Shown here: piece after piece, positions 17,416 to 22,704 of the stretch | How positions within the stretch are numbered: position 1 is the first letter of the stretch | How the letters are laid out: every line of letters begins with the position of its first letter | Virus record (IMG/VR): IMGVR_UViG_2693429524_000015 | Origin: a virus | Taxonomy: Duplodnaviria > Heunggongvirae > Uroviricota > Caudoviricetes | Length of the DNA stretch: 22,704 nucleotides | Reading direction: 5' to 3' (one strand) | Program-made: the position numbers and the translations under genes | Notes under the pieces: model-generated | What the model was told of the DNA's origin: nothing | Database searches by the model: none | The model's input: only the letters and a program-made list of their open reading frames with translations

Positions 17416-17869
17416 TTCCCTGCGTGAAGCCATGACCCGTTCATGCCGATGGTGTCAGGCCAACCCGGAAAAATTCACCATTTTCGTGGAGAGCGGCAAC
17501 ATTGAAACGACAGGAGAAACCCCATCGTTTGTTTACCGCTATCAGATGGTGATGTTTGTCATGGATTACGCCGGGGAGCTGGACGACCTCACGCTGCCGC
17601 TGCTGGCGTGGTTATCCAAAAATCAGCCACAGTTGTTGCTCAACCCTGAGCGTAATCAGGACATCAAATTCTCCGCCGTTATTAATGACGATGACAGCGC
17701 CGATCTCCTGTTTACGCTCCCCCTGCGGGAACGCGTTCGCATCACGCGCAGCAGTCAGGGCACACCGCAGGCAGAACACCTGCCGGAGCCAAAACCCCGC
17801 CTGCCATCTTCCGAAGGCGACTGGTCGCATGTATTCCAGGATGTGACGTGGGGTGAAAGCGATGGATAA
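17402..17869 (+). CDS. R: Tail completion protein, P2 gpR-like
   Basis: 155 aa. N-terminus MLKTDSLREAMT... and LPLLAWL resemble P2 R. Confidence 0.8.
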   Translation: MLKTDSLREAMTRSCRWCQANPEKFTIFVESGNIETTGETPSFVYRYQMVMFVMDYAGELDDLTLPLLAWLSKNQPQLLLNPERNQDIKFSAVINDDDSADLLFTLPLRERVRITRSSQGTPQAEHLPEPKPRLPSSEGDWSHVFQDVTWGESDG

Positions 17870-18497
17870 GGCATTCACCCGCGTGGATGAAACCTTTGAG
17901 GCCATCCGCGACAGCCTGAATCAGCAGGCCATCAATAACATCGCCAGAAAGCTGGCACAGAATTTACGCCGCGCCCAGCAGGCGCGTATCCGGTCACAGA
18001 AAGCGCCGGACGGGACCGCGTGGACACCACGCAGACGCCGCGTAACCCGGATACAGGAACGCATTCGCTTTATCTGGAATAACGAAGCACGCACGCTGAA
18101 AAACTGGCATCACGACACGGGGAAATACGGGCGAACCATTACCGGGTGGGATGAGGATAAAAACAATATCCGCACGTTTTACCGGGATGACATCGACCGT
18201 TTTCTGGAAATACGCACCCGGCGCATCAACCAGGACAGCACCAGGCGCGTCCCCATGTTCGTAAAACTGCGCACCGCCCGCTACCTGAAAGCCCGTGCAG
18301 ATGCTTCCGGTGTGACGGTGGGTTACAGCGGCGTGGCTGCACGTATTGCACGCGTTCATCAGTTCGGTGAGCGCGATCAGGTTGCGCCGGGCATTTTCAC
18401 CGATTACCCGGTACGTGAGCTGCTGGGTATCAGCCAGACAGATGAACGCCTGATTTATAACACGGTGCTGGGCCGGATTGCGGAGGCTGTACGGTGA
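17862..18497 (+). CDS. S: Tail completion / virion morphogenesis protein, P2 gpS-like
   Basis: ORF 17853..18497; start is either GTG 17853 or ATG 17862. Call is by position after R and before V. Confidence 0.7.
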   Translation: MDKAFTRVDETFEAIRDSLNQQAINNIARKLAQNLRRAQQARIRSQKAPDGTAWTPRRRRVTRIQERIRFIWNNEARTLKNWHHDTGKYGRTITGWDEDKNNIRTFYRDDIDRFLEIRTRRINQDSTRRVPMFVKLRTARYLKARADASGVTVGYSGVAARIARVHQFGERDQVAPGIFTDYPVRELLGISQTDERLIYNTVLGRIAEAVR

Positions 18498-19075
18498 GCG
18501 CAGAACTCATGCGGCTGCTGAGCAACATCATCCGCACCGGGATCATCTCTGAAGTTGATGAGGAATCCTGGTGCGTGCGCGTTCGCAGCGGCGAACTGGA
18601 AACAGGCTGGCTGCGCTGGAACACCACGCGCGCGGGTGCCTTCAATGTGTGGTTGCCGCCATCACCAGGCGAACAGGTGGTAATTGCCTGCATTGGCGGC
18701 AACCCGGAAACCGCCATGATAATTGGCAGCCTGTGGAGTGATGCCAGTCCGGCCCCCGGCAAAAGCCTGAAAGAAATCGTGGTCAGCGCGCCGGATGGCG
18801 CGGTGTTCCGCTACGACGCAGACGCTGGCGCACTGAGCGCCAGCGGCATGAAAACAGCCACCCTGCAGGCATCCGTCAGCGTGACACTGGATACGCCCGT
18901 CGTGGAATGCACAAACCTTCTGAGAACAGCGACGCTTGACGTCACAAAAGGGGGAAAGATGAGCGGCAATATCACGCACAGCGGCGGCGATTTCACCTCA
19001 AACGGCATCACAGTGCATACGCATAAGCACGGTGGCGTTAAAGGTGGCAGCGATTCGACAGGAGGCCCGCAGTGA
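18494..19075 (+). CDS. V: Baseplate spike/hub protein, P2 gpV-like
   Basis: 193 aa; start overlaps the S stop; glycine-rich C-terminus HTHKHGGVKGGSDSTGGP. Confidence 0.85.
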   Translation: MSAELMRLLSNIIRTGIISEVDEESWCVRVRSGELETGWLRWNTTRAGAFNVWLPPSPGEQVVIACIGGNPETAMIIGSLWSDASPAPGKSLKEIVVSAPDGAVFRYDADAGALSASGMKTATLQASVSVTLDTPVVECTNLLRTATLDVTKGGKMSGNITHSGGDFTSNGITVHTHKHGGVKGGSDSTGGPQ

Positions 19076-19422
19076 CAACCCGCTACACAGGAATGAACCC
19101 GGACGGAACGGGAAACCTGAACGATATGGAGCACCTGAAACAGTCAGTCAGGGACATCCTGACCACCCCGCTGGCCAGCCGGGTTATGCGACGGGAATAT
19201 GGCAGCCTTGTGCCTGATTTGATTGACGAACCCATGAATAACACCACGCGTCTGCAATGCATGAGTGCTGCCGTGATTGCGCTGACACGATGGGAACCCC
19301 GCATTGCCCTGGACGCCATCGACGTTGTCTGGAAGGCAGGAGGCCGCGCCGGGGTGACGCTGTCGGGCACTGTCATGCAGACCATGCAGAATGTTGAATT
19401 AACCATCACGCTGAGAGAGTAA
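19072..19422 (+). CDS. W: Baseplate wedge protein, GPW/gp25 family
   Basis: 116 aa; start overlaps the V stop. Size and position as P2 W. Confidence 0.85.
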   Translation: MTTRYTGMNPDGTGNLNDMEHLKQSVRDILTTPLASRVMRREYGSLVPDLIDEPMNNTTRLQCMSAAVIALTRWEPRIALDAIDVVWKAGGRAGVTLSGTVMQTMQNVELTITLRE

Positions 19423-19425
19423 ATC

Positions 19426-20322
19426 ATGCCTGCTGTTGACCTTTCCCAGTTACCGGAACCCGCCATCATCGCGGAGCCTGATTTTGAGGCAATTCTGGCT
19501 GACACAAAGGCCATGATGATTGCGTCCTATCCTGCCGAACAGCGTGAAGCCGTCTCCGCCGCGCTGGAGCTGGAGTCGGAACCCCTGAACGTTATCGCTC
19601 AAACCATGTCTTTTCGTGAAATGCTGTTACGCCAGCGGGTTAACGAGGGCGCACGCGCCTGCATGTTAAGCCACGGTTCAGGGACAAACCAGGACAACCT
19701 CGCGGGCAATATGAACACAAAGCGCCTGGTTATCACTCCGGCAACGGATACCACCGACGCGGTGATGGAGAGCGACACCTCGCTGAGATTGCGGGCGCAA
19801 CGGGCGTATGACGGCCTGAGTGTTGCTGGCCCGTCAGGTGCATACGAGTATTTTGCACGCAGCGCCAGCGGTCTGGTGCGTGATGCGCGGGCCATCAGCC
19901 CGTCTCCGGCCTGTGTGACGGTTTCCATCCTGTCCACTGAAGGCGACGGCACAGCAACGGAGGCGTTGCTTAATACCGTTCGCGCCGTTCTGAATGCAGA
20001 GGATACCCGCCCGGTGGCCGACCGCCTGACCGTACAGAGCGCCAGAATCGTGACATGGCGGCTGAATGCAAAACTGTACTTTTACCCCGGCCCGGAATCC
20101 GAACCTATTCTGGCCGCGGCTGAATCGTCGTTCAGGAAGTGGCTGGCTGAGCAGGGGCTTATCGGTCAGGACGTGGCGTTGTCCGCCATTGCTGCCGCAC
20201 TGCATGTGCACGGTGTGCAACGCGTGGAGATAATCGAACCCACACAGAATATGGCCATCAGCGACATACAGGCGGCGCGCTGTGAGTCATTCACCATCAG
20301 CGAAGGTGGACGCAATGAGTAA
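19426..20322 (+). CDS. J: Baseplate assembly protein J
   Basis: 298 aa; size and position as P2 J. Confidence 0.88.
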   Translation: MPAVDLSQLPEPAIIAEPDFEAILADTKAMMIASYPAEQREAVSAALELESEPLNVIAQTMSFREMLLRQRVNEGARACMLSHGSGTNQDNLAGNMNTKRLVITPATDTTDAVMESDTSLRLRAQRAYDGLSVAGPSGAYEYFARSASGLVRDARAISPSPACVTVSILSTEGDGTATEALLNTVRAVLNAEDTRPVADRLTVQSARIVTWRLNAKLYFYPGPESEPILAAAESSFRKWLAEQGLIGQDVALSAIAAALHVHGVQRVEIIEPTQNMAISDIQAARCESFTISEGGRNE

Positions 20323-20923
20323 TTCGTTGTTACCACCATCAGCCAGCAATTTCATGCGTTGTGCCGAAGCCGTCGGAACACGCATTACAGACATTCCGGT
20401 AGACCTCAACACACTGTGGTCGCCGGACACCTGCCCGGTGCATCTGCTGCCTTATCTCGCCTGGGCGTTTTCCGTTGACCGCTGGGATCGCAACTGGCCG
20501 GAAGAGACAAAGCGACAGGTGATTCGTGATGCATGGCTGATACACCGACACAAAGGGACCATCAGCGCACTGCGAAGAGCCGTGGAGCCTCTCGGCTACC
20601 TGATTGAAGTAAAGGAGTGGTGGCAACTCAACGAGGAGCCGGGAACATTTCGCATTGTTGTCGGAGTACTTGATCAGGGCATCACCGATGAAATGTATCA
20701 GGAACTTGAGCGCCTTATTGCGGATGCAAAACCAGTAAGTCGCCATCTGACGGGGCTGGCGATCAGCCTGAGTGTGAACGGAAAGATTTTCGTTGGTACG
20801 GGATGCTATCACGGCGATGCCCTGACGGTTTATCCCTACACCCCGGAGTCCATTATTGTCGAAGGGGATTATTTCCCTGCCCCAGCCATTCATTTAATTG
20901 ATAATCTGAGAGTAAACGCATGA
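20315..20923 (+). CDS. I: Baseplate/tail protein I
   Basis: ORF 20282..20923; start placed at ATG 20315 with RBS aggtgg, overlapping the J stop. Confidence 0.8.
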   Translation: MSNSLLPPSASNFMRCAEAVGTRITDIPVDLNTLWSPDTCPVHLLPYLAWAFSVDRWDRNWPEETKRQVIRDAWLIHRHKGTISALRRAVEPLGYLIEVKEWWQLNEEPGTFRIVVGVLDQGITDEMYQELERLIADAKPVSRHLTGLAISLSVNGKIFVGTGCYHGDALTVYPYTPESIIVEGDYFPAPAIHLIDNLRVNA

Positions 20924-22413
20924 CAGTGAAATACTACGCCATTCTGACTAATCAGGGCGCGGCACGACTGGCTAACGCGACGATGCTCGGCAGTAAGCTG
21001 AATCTGACGCAAATGGCCGTTGGTGATGCAAATGGTGTGTTACCAACACCAGACCCTGCACAAACAAAACTGATTAACCAGAAACGCATTGCACCGCTGA
21101 ATCTTCTGAGTGTTGACCCTAACAATCAGAGCCAGATTATTGCGGAGCAAATCATCCCTGAAAACGAGGGAGGATTCTGGATCCGTGAGATTGGTCTTTA
21201 TGATGATGAAGGTGTACTCATTGCGGTGGCAAACTGCCCGGAAACGTACAAACCGCAGTTGCAGGAAGGCAGTGGACGCACCCAGACTATCCGCATGATT
21301 CTGGTTGTCACGAACACCGAAGCCATCACGCTGAAAATCGACCCGTCTGTGGTTCTGGCAACCCGCAAATATGTGGATGATAAAATATCAGAGCACGAAC
21401 AGTCACGACGTCACCCGGACGCCTCGCTGACCGTAAAAGGTTTTACTCAGTTAAGCAGTGCAATTAACAGTGAATCAGAAACACTGGCCGCAACACCGAA
21501 AGCGGTTAAGGCTGCATATGACCTGGCTAACGAGAAATATACCGCCCAGAACGCCACCACTACACAAAAAGGGATTGTTCAGCTCAGTAGCGCCACGAAC
21601 AGCACGTCTGAAACACTGGCAGCGACACCAAAAGCTGTTAAGGCGGTAATGGATGAAACGAACAAGAAAGCACCATTAAACAGCCCGGCACTGACCGGAA
21701 CGCCAACAACACCAACAGCGCCACAGGGGACTAATAGTACCCAGATCGCAAGCACGGCTTTCGTTATGGCCGCGATTGCCGCACTTGTAGATTCGTCACC
21801 TGATGCACTGAACACGCTGAACGAACTGGCTGCGGCGCTGGGCAATGACCCGAATTTTGCGACCACCATGACTAACGCGCTTGCGGGTAAGCAACCGAAG
21901 GATGCCACCCTGACGGCGCTGGCGGAGCTTGCTACATCAGCAGATAAACTCCCATATTTTACAGGGGCAGATCGTGCCGCGTTAACCGCGTTGACAAGTG
22001 TTGGACGTGCCATTCTTGGTAAAACCAGCACTCAGGGAGTTCTTGATTACCTTGGTTTGGGAGAAGCGGCGAAAAGGGATGTGGGCACAGGAGAAAATCA
22101 GATACCGGATATGTCAGCCTGGAAAAGAAATCCGAGTTCTAATCGCTGGAGAAAATTGCCTGATGGAACCATCATTCAAATGGGAATATCAGCATCAGGG
22201 CCATTAGGCTCACCTGTAAATATCCCCCTGCCGATATCTTTCAGCAATACCAATTATTGTGTTGTTGCATCGTACGATAATGCACGGTCAGGTGTGTCAA
22301 CAATGGTTAGTTTTGCAGCGTTACCTGTTTCACCATCGCAATTTTCCCTGATGTCATCTGTGACTGAGCAAGGAATAAATCCTTTTGCTTACTGGATTGC
22401 TTTTGGAGATTAA
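20920..22413 (+). CDS. H: Tail fibre protein, P2 gpH-like
   Basis: 497 aa; start overlaps the I stop. Conserved N-terminus MTVKYYAILTNQGAARLANA, tandem SETLAATPKAVKA repeats, divergent C-terminal domain. Confidence 0.88.
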   Translation: MTVKYYAILTNQGAARLANATMLGSKLNLTQMAVGDANGVLPTPDPAQTKLINQKRIAPLNLLSVDPNNQSQIIAEQIIPENEGGFWIREIGLYDDEGVLIAVANCPETYKPQLQEGSGRTQTIRMILVVTNTEAITLKIDPSVVLATRKYVDDKISEHEQSRRHPDASLTVKGFTQLSSAINSESETLAATPKAVKAAYDLANEKYTAQNATTTQKGIVQLSSATNSTSETLAATPKAVKAVMDETNKKAPLNSPALTGTPTTPTAPQGTNSTQIASTAFVMAAIAALVDSSPDALNTLNELAAALGNDPNFATTMTNALAGKQPKDATLTALAELATSADKLPYFTGADRAALTALTSVGRAILGKTSTQGVLDYLGLGEAAKRDVGTGENQIPDMSAWKRNPSSNRWRKLPDGTIIQMGISASGPLGSPVNIPLPISFSNTNYCVVASYDNARSGVSTMVSFAALPVSPSQFSLMSSVTEQGINPFAYWIAFGD

Positions 22414-22416
22414 TAA

Positions 22417-22704
<288 letters not shown>

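Overview
The window reads as a near-complete P2-like (Peduovirus-type) temperate phage or prophage of an enterobacterial host, running in P2 map order from the integrase to the tail-fibre assembly gene. All protein assignments rest on reading the supplied translations and recalling family sequences; no database search was run. Layout: int and repressor C on the minus strand (1-1422), then cox and a run of small early ORFs (1536-4331), then the replication initiator A (4338-7160). The A-to-cos accessory slot (7092-9180), where P2 carries tin/old, instead holds what looks like a complete plasmid-type parMRC partition cassette followed by a separately regulated 89-aa orphan gene. A putative cos/packaging region follows (9180-9632), then portal Q and terminase P on the minus strand, and the late genes O, N, M, L, X, holin, M15-peptidase endolysin, overlapping spanins, R, S, V, W, J, I, H and a short tail-fibre assembly ORF that ends exactly at the window edge. 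No tRNA, rRNA, CRISPR array or insertion sequence was recognised. The most interesting region is 7.1-9.2 kb: the partition cassette and the orphan gene with its structured leader are the candidates for an undescribed accessory system.
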